Assembly (NCBI GenBank): GCA_016282375.1
Contig: JAEEKI010000012.1
Coordinates: 6,254-70,253 of the forward strand
Source: Bacillales bacterium
GTDB lineage: Bacteria; Bacillota_I; Bacilli_A; RF39; UBA660
Length of the DNA: 64,000 nucleotides
Direction: 5' to 3'
Both the position numbers and the translations under genes were made by a program. Below the pieces are notes generated by a model. That model was not told the origin of the DNA, did no database searches, and was given only the letters and a program-made list of their open reading frames with translations. This document shows, one piece after another, positions 19,946 through 28,675 of this stretch. The first letter of the stretch is position 1, and each line of letters begins with the position of its first letter.

Positions 19946-20132
19946 ACCTACCACCAACCTTATTATATAACAAAGGTGCCTTGATTGCTATGTAATTGCA
20001 CTAATTTTACAAACAAGTGTTATTTTTATTATTTTAACCATCAAATATGCTATTTTACACTTATTTGCATCCCAAAATCATGATGTTATATCCTACAAAC
20101 AAAAATGTTATACGTAAACAGCAGAACTTTTA

Positions 20133-20161
20133 TTTGACTTTTAATTAAAGATGTGATATCA
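20133..20161 (+). promoter_or_regulatory. Candidate sigma-A promoter for the 20197-24533 operon
   Basis: TTGACT (20133-20138), 17-nt spacer, TATCAT (20156-20161). About 35 nt upstream of the AAGGAGG-ATG. Confidence 0.45.
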
Positions 20162-20196
20162 TAGGGCGCGTTTATATCAAAAAGGAGGTTTTGATT

Positions 20197-21714
20197 ATGA
20201 AAACAAAGGAAGATGTACTAGCATTAATTCAAATATGTGAGAGTGAAGCTGAATACGCATTAACTCGTGATGACATTGAACTTACTGATGAAAGACGTGA
20301 AGGTCTTGAAAAAGTATTAAAAGCCATCAAAAACGAAAAAGAAAAATTTGAAAAAGTTCCGGAAGATGATCAAAGAGTAATTGACGGTTACTACAATATT
20401 TTTACTAACTTATTTACTGAATTAAAGAAAATTAATCAACCTACTCTTAATCATTCTACAGACATTCAAATTAAAGGTGAAAATCCTATCATCCCTCAAG
20501 ATGATGAAAATGGTATCATCCCAACTAATGATGAAAAGAAAGATATCATTGGTTTAGATGATGAAAATTTAGAAGAACCAAAAGATAATTCTAAAAAAAT
20601 GAAAGTTAAAAAAGTTATTCCTGAAGAAGAACAAACAGAAGAAACAAAAGAACAAAGGGATAGACTAACTAGAAATTTAAGAAGAATTTTCTATGTATTA
20701 GGTTCTGCTGCAGCTTTAGCTATTATCATTGCAACTATTAAATACTACGTTGATCATCCAAAAGATCAAAAGGCAAATGATTTACCTAGAACTACACAAT
20801 CTGATGTATTACCTACTAAAGATTCATCTAATATATACTATATTGAAGATGGTGCAAACGATGAATCAAAAGCCATCACTGAAGAATTACCTGAAGAAGT
20901 TCAAAAAGTATTCAAAATAGCTGATGTTGACATTAATGATTACAATCAACTTGTTACATATGCTACAGAAATCAATAATGAACTAAATGATACAAGAATC
21001 ACAATTGATGACATTATGTACGCTATTAGAATGGCTAACTGGGATAAACTTCAAGATAAGAGTTGTTTCACAGATCGTCAAGGTGTATGTCGTAGTACAT
21101 ACAATGCTGGTGTTGTTGCAACTAAATTAGGTTCAGATGCCATTGTTCAAAAAGATTTAAACAGTGATATCTTTATTACTGATCAACAAATGGCTGACAT
21201 CTTAGTTTGTGTAACTAATGGTAAACTAACACTTGCAGATTTTGAAAGTGCTAAAGTTGAAGACAGAGGTTATGACATCTATGCCGTAATAGACAGATGT
21301 GTTGCTGGCATGAACGAACATGTTGGTTCAACTGATGAAAATGACATTATTCATGATACTCATTATGCAAGAGTATTCAACGAAGTTGTTACAAGAGCTA
21401 CAATAAGCTTCTCAATAGTAAATTCTGACGAAGCTTTATTAAGTACTGTATATACACTATTAGGTACTTACAATGCTAATTCTAATCGTCTTATGGATTT
21501 AACTAAACAAGATGGTCCTATTTATGGTACCGGACCAAGAATTGATGGAAACTATGGTAATATCTGCGCACTTGAAGTAAATACTTTAGTTTACATTGAC
21601 AAACAAGACAAAAATGGTACACCAAACTTCATTGGTAACGAAAAAAATATTTTCTACTCTGGAATGATTGATGAAGTTATACTAAATCCAGAAAAAAGTA
21701 TGGGTTTAAATTAA
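20197..21714 (+). CDS. Hypothetical type-II membrane protein (acidic cytoplasmic N-terminus, one TM, ~310-aa outer domain)
   Basis: Start set at ATG 20197 (AAGGAGG 8 nt upstream). TM LGSAAALAIIIATIKYYV near residue 170. No family recognised. Confidence 0.7.
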   Translation: MKTKEDVLALIQICESEAEYALTRDDIELTDERREGLEKVLKAIKNEKEKFEKVPEDDQRVIDGYYNIFTNLFTELKKINQPTLNHSTDIQIKGENPIIPQDDENGIIPTNDEKKDIIGLDDENLEEPKDNSKKMKVKKVIPEEEQTEETKEQRDRLTRNLRRIFYVLGSAAALAIIIATIKYYVDHPKDQKANDLPRTTQSDVLPTKDSSNIYYIEDGANDESKAITEELPEEVQKVFKIADVDINDYNQLVTYATEINNELNDTRITIDDIMYAIRMANWDKLQDKSCFTDRQGVCRSTYNAGVVATKLGSDAIVQKDLNSDIFITDQQMADILVCVTNGKLTLADFESAKVEDRGYDIYAVIDRCVAGMNEHVGSTDENDIIHDTHYARVFNEVVTRATISFSIVNSDEALLSTVYTLLGTYNANSNRLMDLTKQDGPIYGTGPRIDGNYGNICALEVNTLVYIDKQDKNGTPNFIGNEKNIFYSGMIDEVILNPEKSMGLN

Positions 21715-21734
21715 AAAGTTAGGGGGTTTTGAAA

Positions 21735-24533
21735 ATGTATAAAAATAATAAAAATGGTAAAATATTAAATTTCCTTTTAGGCATTATTGCCCTATTCTTA
21801 ATTATTTTCATCATTGTATGGATAGTTAATAAAGGAAATAGCGCTACTAATACAACAGCTAATGAAGCAGAATTTAAATCAAGCTTAAATAACATCCAAG
21901 AAAAATCAAAAAGTTATTTTGCAAATGATTTACCTAATGACATTGGTGACACTAATGTATTAACTCTTCAAGATTTATACGATTTAAAATTAGTTGATAC
22001 CGTATCTTATGGTAAAACAGCATGTAATCCAGAAAACAGTTATTCTTCAATTACAAAAATCAACGCTAATGAATATAAAGTTAAAACTAACTTAGTATGT
22101 GGCGACAAAATTGATAATATAACTGAAAAGATTAGTGCTAATACTATCGTTGTTGAAAATGATGACGATAATAGTAAAGAAATTATCAATACTGACAAAG
22201 AAGACGTAACTGTTAATATTGATAAAAATGTTACTTCATCTGATGGTAAAACAGCTGATGTTGTAAATTGTATAGGGCCTATTTGTAAAATTGAAGAAGT
22301 TCCTACAAAATGTACAACTACTTATACATATGAATTCGTAAGAAGAAATGTATCTTGTCCTAGTGGTTATATTCTACAAGGTGGTACATGTGTTAAAGTT
22401 ACAAATAGTTCAATTGATGCAACTAAGAATTATTCTGATGAAACTACTAAAGTAGTTGATGCTAAAGTTAACGTTGGTGGTTCATACAGAGTATATACTG
22501 ATCCAATTGTTACACCAGGTACATCTACAAAAGTATGTAAAACTGGAAATCTTGCAGCTGACGGTTTCTGCTATGAATATAAAGATAAATTAACAAGTTC
22601 ATCTGATTCTTGTCCTGAAGGTTATACAAGAAATGGTAATGCTTGTTATAAATATACCGATTTAGTAACTGATACTTCTTATTCTTGTCCTGCTGGTTAT
22701 ACTAAAGAAGGTAATGCTTGTTATAAGTATACAGATTTAATTACTGATGCAACTTATTCTTGTCCTGATGGATATGCAAGAAATGGTAACTACTGCTATA
22801 AATACACTGATGTAATCGCAGATACTACTTATTCTTGTCCTTCTGGATATGAAAGAAATGGTAGTTATTGTTACAAATATACTAATTTAATTACCGATAC
22901 TACTTATTCTTGTCCTTCTGGATACGAAAGAAACGGTAATGCATGTTACAAATATACTGATCCAACTACTGATACTACTTACTCATGTCCTTCTGGATAT
23001 GAAAGAAATGGTAACTATTGTTACAAATATACTAATCCAACTACTGATACTACTTACTCATGTCCTTCTGGATATGAAAGAAATGGTAACTATTGTTACA
23101 AATATACTAACCCAACTACTGATACTACTTACTCATGTCCTTCTGGATATGAAAGAAATGGTAATTACTGCTACAAATATACTAACTTAATTACTGATAC
23201 TACAACATCTTGTCCTGAAAACTATATTAAGAGTGGTAATACTTGTTATAAAACTGCATCTCCTGTTAAGACTTACACTGCTTGGGGTAACCCAGTAAAT
23301 ACTTATCAAACATTTACACAAGAAACTGTTTATGAATATGAATATAGTAAAAAAGTATTAATTGGTACTGGTACAAAATATGGTCAAACAATTTATACTT
23401 ATGCTATTTATGAAAGAACTTCATACTATACTTGTGCAACTGGTACATTAGGATCTGATAATAGATGTTATATTTATACTAATCCAGTTACTTCATCAAC
23501 ATCTTACTGTCCTTCCGGTTATACTAAAGATGGCAATACTTGTTATATGAGAACTAATTTAACATCTTCTTCTACTACAACTTGTCCTTCTGGTTATACT
23601 AAAGATGGTAATACTTGTTATATGAGAACTAATTTAACATCTTCTTCTACTACAACTTGTCCTTCTGGTTATACTAAAGATGGTAATACTTGTTATATGA
23701 GAACTAACTTAACATCTTCTACTACTACAACTTGTCCTTCTGGTTATACAAAAAGTGGTAGTACATGTTATATGAAAACAGATCTAATTTCTGATACTAC
23801 ATCTTCTTGTCCATTTGGTTATACAAGAAATGGTAATACTTGTTATATGAGAACTGATCTTGTTTCTAGCACTTCATATTCTTGTCCTTCTGGTTATACT
23901 AAAGATGGTAATACTTGTTATAAGAAAGCTAATTTAATTACAGGTTCTACATCTTCTTGTCCTGAAGGTTATACAAGAAATGGTAATACATGCTATAAGA
24001 AAACTGATTTAGTATCTTCAACTACAACATCTTGTCCTACTGGATATACTAAGAGTGGTAGTACATGTTATAAGAAAACTGATTTAATCACTTCACATAC
24101 TGCATATTGTCCTGAAGGATATGCTGATAATGGTTCAAACTGTTATAAGAAAACTAACCCAACTGTTGAAACAACTCCAACTACTTATGCTTGTCCTTCT
24201 GGTTATACTAAGAGTGGTTCAGGTGCCAATATAAAATGTTACATTGATAAGACAAGTGCTGACACATATTATTGTGAAGATGCTAATGCCGTATTAAATG
24301 GTAAAAAATGTTATGTAACAATTCCTGCTCAATTTACTGGTTATTCTTGTCCTGCTGGTTATAAATTAAGTGGTAGTCTATGTCTAGCTACAACTACTGA
24401 AACTGCTTCTCCAATCTGGAGTAATGCTGAATACATTTATAGCACTGAAGATTATGTTGCAGGATACCAAAAAACTGGTGTAGCGAAATTCGTTACAAAA
24501 TGTACACCTATCGAAGAAATACATTATAAATAA
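21735..24533 (+). CDS. Membrane-anchored cysteine-repeat surface protein (about 24 copies of a 25-aa CPxGY-x5-C unit)
   Basis: Start at ATG 21735 (AGGGGG 8 nt upstream). N-terminal anchor ILNFLLGIIALFLIIFIIVWIV. Units such as SCPSGYERNGNYCYKYTNPTTDTTY repeat in two arrays. Confidence 0.8.
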   Translation: MYKNNKNGKILNFLLGIIALFLIIFIIVWIVNKGNSATNTTANEAEFKSSLNNIQEKSKSYFANDLPNDIGDTNVLTLQDLYDLKLVDTVSYGKTACNPENSYSSITKINANEYKVKTNLVCGDKIDNITEKISANTIVVENDDDNSKEIINTDKEDVTVNIDKNVTSSDGKTADVVNCIGPICKIEEVPTKCTTTYTYEFVRRNVSCPSGYILQGGTCVKVTNSSIDATKNYSDETTKVVDAKVNVGGSYRVYTDPIVTPGTSTKVCKTGNLAADGFCYEYKDKLTSSSDSCPEGYTRNGNACYKYTDLVTDTSYSCPAGYTKEGNACYKYTDLITDATYSCPDGYARNGNYCYKYTDVIADTTYSCPSGYERNGSYCYKYTNLITDTTYSCPSGYERNGNACYKYTDPTTDTTYSCPSGYERNGNYCYKYTNPTTDTTYSCPSGYERNGNYCYKYTNPTTDTTYSCPSGYERNGNYCYKYTNLITDTTTSCPENYIKSGNTCYKTASPVKTYTAWGNPVNTYQTFTQETVYEYEYSKKVLIGTGTKYGQTIYTYAIYERTSYYTCATGTLGSDNRCYIYTNPVTSSTSYCPSGYTKDGNTCYMRTNLTSSSTTTCPSGYTKDGNTCYMRTNLTSSSTTTCPSGYTKDGNTCYMRTNLTSSTTTTCPSGYTKSGSTCYMKTDLISDTTSSCPFGYTRNGNTCYMRTDLVSSTSYSCPSGYTKDGNTCYKKANLITGSTSSCPEGYTRNGNTCYKKTDLVSSTTTSCPTGYTKSGSTCYKKTDLITSHTAYCPEGYADNGSNCYKKTNPTVETTPTTYACPSGYTKSGSGANIKCYIDKTSADTYYCEDANAVLNGKKCYVTIPAQFTGYSCPAGYKLSGSLCLATTTETASPIWSNAEYIYSTEDYVAGYQKTGVAKFVTKCTPIEEIHYK
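22608..24190 (+). repeat. In-frame 75-bp tandem repeat arrays (~22608-23270 and ~23505-24190)
   Basis: Adjacent units are nearly identical at DNA level: 22983-23057 and 23058-23132 differ at 1 nt, and 23580-23654 and 23655-23729 differ at about 2 nt. Confidence 0.9.
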
Positions 24534-24536
24534 TTT

Positions 24537-24567
24537 AAAAAACTAAGGTATAAACCTTAGTTTTTTT
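24537..24567. terminator. Bidirectional intrinsic terminator between convergent genes
   Basis: AAAAAACTAAGGT-ATAA-ACCTTAGTTTTTTT: an 8-bp stem flanked by an A-run and a T-run. Confidence 0.8.
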
Positions 24568-26152
24568 ATTGATTAATAATTAATTTTGCAACCATCTCTG
24601 CTACTTTAATTCCATCAATAGCCGAAGATGTTATACCTCCAGCATAACCTGCCCCTTCACCACAAGGAAATATTCCTTTAATATTACTTTGTAAACATTC
24701 ATCACGAAACATCTTAATTGGAGATGAAGTCCTTGATTCTACCGCGGCTAGAATTGTTCCATCACTGTCAAAACCTTTAATCTTTTTACCAAAATAAGTC
24801 ATAGCTTCTTTAATATCACTATTTATTTCTTCACTAAAGAGCTTATTTAAATCGCCAAAAGTATATTTTCCCTTAAATAACGGATTAACATCTAAAAAAC
24901 GGTTAGATATCTGCTTTTTTTGATAGTCTTTATATAATTGTACTGGAATTAGGCCATTTCCAAGCCCGTAGGCCGCTTTTTCTAGTGATTCCTGATATTT
25001 TACCCCATCTAAGGGATTGGGTCCAAAATCAGCCTGAGAAACGGTTACAACAATGGCACTATTAGCATTTTCAGAATCTCTTAAATAATTACTCATCCCG
25101 TTAATAACTAATTGGTTACGAACGCTCGAAGCATTAACCACATAACCACCAGGACACATACAAAATGAATAAACCCCTCGATGATGCGATGATTGATAAG
25201 TTAGTTTATAATTAGCACTCCCTAATTTATCAGCATATTTTTTACCATATTGAGATTCATTAATCATCTTTTGGCGATGAGAAACTCGAAGTCCTACCGC
25301 AAAAGGTTTACTTTCCATCAAAAGGCCATGTTCATAAAGCATATGAAAAGTATCTCTTGAACTATGACCCAAAGCTAAAACCAAAAAATCACAAGCAAAG
25401 CGTTCACTATCATTTAAAATAATTTCCTTAATATGATTATTATCAATGACAATATCAGTTAGCTTTTTTTCAAAATAAAATGATCCACCCATTTCTTCAA
25501 TTTTCTTACGGATACTAACAATAACCCTCGATAAGCAATCTGTACCAATATGGGGTTTATAACTATATAAAATATCTGATGGTGCACCATGCTCCACAAA
25601 AGTATTAAACACCTTTTCATGCCGATGATTTTCATTCTTAATCATCGTATTTAACTTACCATCAGAAAAGGTTCCAGCTCCCCCTTCACCAAACTGAACA
25701 TTGCTATTTGCATTTAAAATGCCTGTCTCCCAAAAGTGATTAACTGTTTTAATTCTTTTCTCCATTTTCTCACCTTGTTCAATAACAATGGGATGAAAAC
25801 CATTTTCAGCTAAAACATAAGCACAAAATAGTCCTGCTGGACCACAGCCAATTATCACGGGTCTTACTTGAGAATTACCATTAACATATGGAAATTGATA
25901 AACTTCTTCGTTAGCTATTAAAACATCCTTTATTTTTAAATATTTTTGTTCATCATTTAATTTAACATTAAATTCATAAACATACATGATTTTTTCTTTA
26001 TCACGAGCATCTAAAGATTGCTTGGTTATTTGATAATCTAATATTTCATTTTGTCTAAGATGTAATTTTTGACATAAAGCTTGTAATCTTGTCGTTTCAT
26101 TATCATTTAATACATCAATCTTAACTTGTCTTACCTTCAACATTTTAGACAC
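24566..26152 (-). CDS. FAD-dependent oxidoreductase (uncharacterised FAD-dependent dehydrogenase type)
   Basis: 528 aa. Dinucleotide-binding VIIGCGPAGLFCA. C-terminal GEGAGYAGGITSSAIDG is typical of this flavoprotein group. Confidence 0.7.
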   Translation of the reverse strand: MSKMLKVRQVKIDVLNDNETTRLQALCQKLHLRQNEILDYQITKQSLDARDKEKIMYVYEFNVKLNDEQKYLKIKDVLIANEEVYQFPYVNGNSQVRPVIIGCGPAGLFCAYVLAENGFHPIVIEQGEKMEKRIKTVNHFWETGILNANSNVQFGEGGAGTFSDGKLNTMIKNENHRHEKVFNTFVEHGAPSDILYSYKPHIGTDCLSRVIVSIRKKIEEMGGSFYFEKKLTDIVIDNNHIKEIILNDSERFACDFLVLALGHSSRDTFHMLYEHGLLMESKPFAVGLRVSHRQKMINESQYGKKYADKLGSANYKLTYQSSHHRGVYSFCMCPGGYVVNASSVRNQLVINGMSNYLRDSENANSAIVVTVSQADFGPNPLDGVKYQESLEKAAYGLGNGLIPVQLYKDYQKKQISNRFLDVNPLFKGKYTFGDLNKLFSEEINSDIKEAMTYFGKKIKGFDSDGTILAAVESRTSSPIKMFRDECLQSNIKGIFPCGEGAGYAGGITSSAIDGIKVAEMVAKLIINQ

Positions 26153-27341
26153 TCTTTCCTGCTAAATAACCACTGATAAAAGCAAAAGCTAAATTAAATC
26201 CGCCACAGATACCATCAACATCTAGTTCTTCACCAATAAAATATAAACTAGGAACCTTTAATACTTCCATCGTCTTTTCATCAATATCCTCAAGAGAAAT
26301 ACCTCCTGTACATACTTGAGCTTTATCAAAAGAACCGTAGCCACTTACCACAATTGTAAACTGGGTAATAGTTTGAACAAATCTTTTCTTTTCACTATCC
26401 GTTAAACTCTTCCAGTGAGCATTACCATTAATACCACACTTTTTAAAAAAGATACTATTTAATTTATAATTAAACAAGCTTTCACATAATTCATTCATAC
26501 TAAAATCCACTAAATCTGAAGCTCGTTGATCAAAGAATTGATAAAAATTATCAGTAAACGGTGCAAAGTTAATCAACACTTTAACTTCACGATGATTATT
26601 AAGAGCTCTAATAGCCTCACTACTTAAATTAAAAACACAAATACCACTAATACCATTATCAGTAAGTTGAATCTCACCTGACTCTTTTTTTATAAACTTA
26701 TTATCTACTAAAAGGGAAACCTCAGTATTAGCTCTAATGCCACTCCAAACTTTTAAAAAAGATTCACTAGTCTGTAAGCCAACTAATGATGGTAAAACTG
26801 GATTAACTTTTAACCCATATTCTTTTGCAATTTGGTAAGCTAATCCATCACTACCTGTTTTAGGCATGGCCTTTGATCCCATCGCAATAATTACTTTATC
26901 ACAGGATATACTTTCTTTTTCACTAACAACTTTAAAACCATCAGCCATTTTTTCCACTTTAGTAACCGTGTAATGATATTTAATTTCAATATTTCTTTTT
27001 AATAGTTCATTAACCAATATTTCTCGTACACTATAGGCAGAATTGGCATAAGGATAGTAATAGTCTCCTTTTACTTGGGGATAAATACCTAAGTAACATA
27101 AATAATCATAAACTTCATCTTTATTGTCTAAAATATGACTTAGTTTTGTAACGTTATCAGTATGATATTTATCAACAGAAATAGAACTATTCCAATAATT
27201 GCATTTACCATTGCCAGTCAGAAGGATTTTTTTGCCACAACAATCATTCTTATCAATTAGAATTACCTCATGTTTTTCACTAGCCTTTAGAGCTGCAATG
27301 ATACCTGAAGCACCAGCTCCAATAACAACAATTTTACCCAT
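26145..27341 (-). CDS. HI0933/aminoacetone-oxidase-like FAD-binding protein
   Basis: KIVVIGAGASGIIAA N-terminus. GKKILLTGNGKCN. C-terminal GEELDVDGICGGFNLAFAF. Start set at the internal Met (27341). Confidence 0.7.
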   Translation of the reverse strand: MGKIVVIGAGASGIIAALKASEKHEVILIDKNDCCGKKILLTGNGKCNYWNSSISVDKYHTDNVTKLSHILDNKDEVYDYLCYLGIYPQVKGDYYYPYANSAYSVREILVNELLKRNIEIKYHYTVTKVEKMADGFKVVSEKESISCDKVIIAMGSKAMPKTGSDGLAYQIAKEYGLKVNPVLPSLVGLQTSESFLKVWSGIRANTEVSLLVDNKFIKKESGEIQLTDNGISGICVFNLSSEAIRALNNHREVKVLINFAPFTDNFYQFFDQRASDLVDFSMNELCESLFNYKLNSIFFKKCGINGNAHWKSLTDSEKKRFVQTITQFTIVVSGYGSFDKAQVCTGGISLEDIDEKTMEVLKVPSLYFIGEELDVDGICGGFNLAFAFISGYLAGKSV

Positions 27342-27422
27342 AGGACACCTCATATACCCATTATAATAAATGCCATTTAAAAATACAATTTAAAAAAAAT
27401 GAGAGTTGCTAAAAAGTAACTC

Positions 27423-28574
27423 TTATTTTTTCTTTTCTAATTGACGAATCTTATCTAAGGTAGCATTATTATAACATTCATTAAAATTAAAAGTCTTTAA
27501 ATTGGTATCTACAAAAGATAAAGTAGCTTTAACAATCGTTGGTATAAAGAAAATCATCGCTCCTACAAATACTTTAGTTAGGAAAAGTCCAGTGGCCTTT
27601 TTAATATCTTCGTCATATAGAATGGTTTTAGAAAAAGATATGATACTCGTAATAATAATGATTACCGGTACAAGGATTTTTACTACTTGAATAATTGTTT
27701 TGACAATATATATAGCTCTTAAAGCATTTGGATTTTGGCAAAGAGGTGTATTGGTAGTAGTCGTATAACCACTTCCTGAACTGCCTTGATTACCACTTGA
27801 ACTACTATGACTTCCACTATTGCCTGATCCTTGATTGGTTGAACCGCTGTTACCATTACTAGAACCATGATTATTGCCACTTGAGCCTTGATTATTAGAG
27901 CCACTACTAGATCCTTGATTTCCGCTACTAGAACCCTGATTGTTATTATTACTATGTTGGCAGATTGTGCTAGTAGTATAACTAGAATAATCACTCTTTC
28001 GTAAGGAAGCCGCCAACTGACGATAATGATCTGCTGAAGTAGATGATAATGCATTGCCCATCGTATCTTCATTTGATAGAGAACCACTATAACCAAAATA
28101 AACCGCTTCACTACAATTTAAACATGTTGCTTTTACCGAGGTCCAAACAATACCACCCCATGGCTCAATATCCCATGGATCAGCTTGGAAAATCATTTCT
28201 TTAGGCACCGTAAATTGACCAGATAAAACTAGTTCCGCGATATAAAGTAATTTAGCTTGTTCACTCGCAGGTACATAATTTTCAAAAGGCACCGTTTTAT
28301 ATGTTGAATAACCACCATAATCACTATTAGTTAAATTATACATCTTATCAATAAAAGTAACGCCACTCTTTCGATTAGCGTTATTTAAAACGACACTAGC
28401 GGTAACTAATTTGGCAAAAAAATCTTCATCAGGGTCATTATTAATTGTTCCCCCAACTTCACGATAGATAATTTTGGCCATTTGTTCAACAGTACTTTCG
28501 GTACAATAATCACTTGCGGATACATTATCTATCAAAAGAAATAAGCCTAATATAATAAACAATACTTTTTTCAT
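27423..28574 (-). CDS. Secreted SleB/cell-wall-hydrolase-like domain, G/S/N/Q low-complexity linker, then a C-terminal two-TM hairpin
   Basis: Signal peptide MKKVLFIILGLFLLIDNVSA. MAKIIYREVGG...AKLVTASVVLNNA resembles the Hydrolase_2 (SleB) motif. About 90 aa of low-complexity region. The C-terminus carries two hydrophobic helices. Confidence 0.6.
   Translation of the reverse strand: MKKVLFIILGLFLLIDNVSASDYCTESTVEQMAKIIYREVGGTINNDPDEDFFAKLVTASVVLNNANRKSGVTFIDKMYNLTNSDYGGYSTYKTVPFENYVPASEQAKLLYIAELVLSGQFTVPKEMIFQADPWDIEPWGGIVWTSVKATCLNCSEAVYFGYSGSLSNEDTMGNALSSTSADHYRQLAASLRKSDYSSYTTSTICQHSNNNNQGSSSGNQGSSSGSNNQGSSGNNHGSSNGNSGSTNQGSGNSGSHSSSSGNQGSSGSGYTTTTNTPLCQNPNALRAIYIVKTIIQVVKILVPVIIIITSIISFSKTILYDEDIKKATGLFLTKVFVGAMIFFIPTIVKATLSFVDTNLKTFNFNECYNNATLDKIRQLEKKK
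27760..27960 (-). repeat. Low-complexity imperfect repeats encoding (G/S/N/Q)n
   Basis: Encodes NNNNQGSSSGNQGSSSGSNNQGSSGNNHGSSNGNSGSTNQGSGNSGSHSSSSGNQGSSGSG. Confidence 0.8.
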
Positions 28575-28640
28575 TTAAACAACCCTTTTTAATAAATGTT
28601 TTCGTATCAATTATATCAAAAAAAAGCAGATTATTAAATA

Positions 28641-28672
28641 AAAAAAATCAATCCTCACGAATTGATTTTTTT
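28641..28672 (-). terminator. Intrinsic terminator after the transporter gene
   Basis: Minus strand AAAAAATCAAT-TCGTGAGG-ATTGATTTTTTTT, immediately 3' of the stop at 28676. Confidence 0.7.
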
Positions 28673-28675
28673 ATA

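Noticed and set aside
22939-23190. 83-aa plus-strand ORF within the 75-bp repeat array
   Set aside because: It is an out-of-frame reading of the repeat. Its periodic sequence simply mirrors the tandem DNA units.
22608-24190. Possible CRISPR array or other non-coding tandem repeat
   Set aside because: The units are contiguous with no unique spacers, are 75 bp long in phase with a long ORF, and encode a coherent Cys-containing peptide repeat. There are no cas genes.
27502-28111. 62-aa (+) and 130-aa (-) ORFs across the G/S/N/Q linker region
   Set aside because: These are frame-shifted readings of low-complexity repeats inside the 383-aa hydrolase-like gene.
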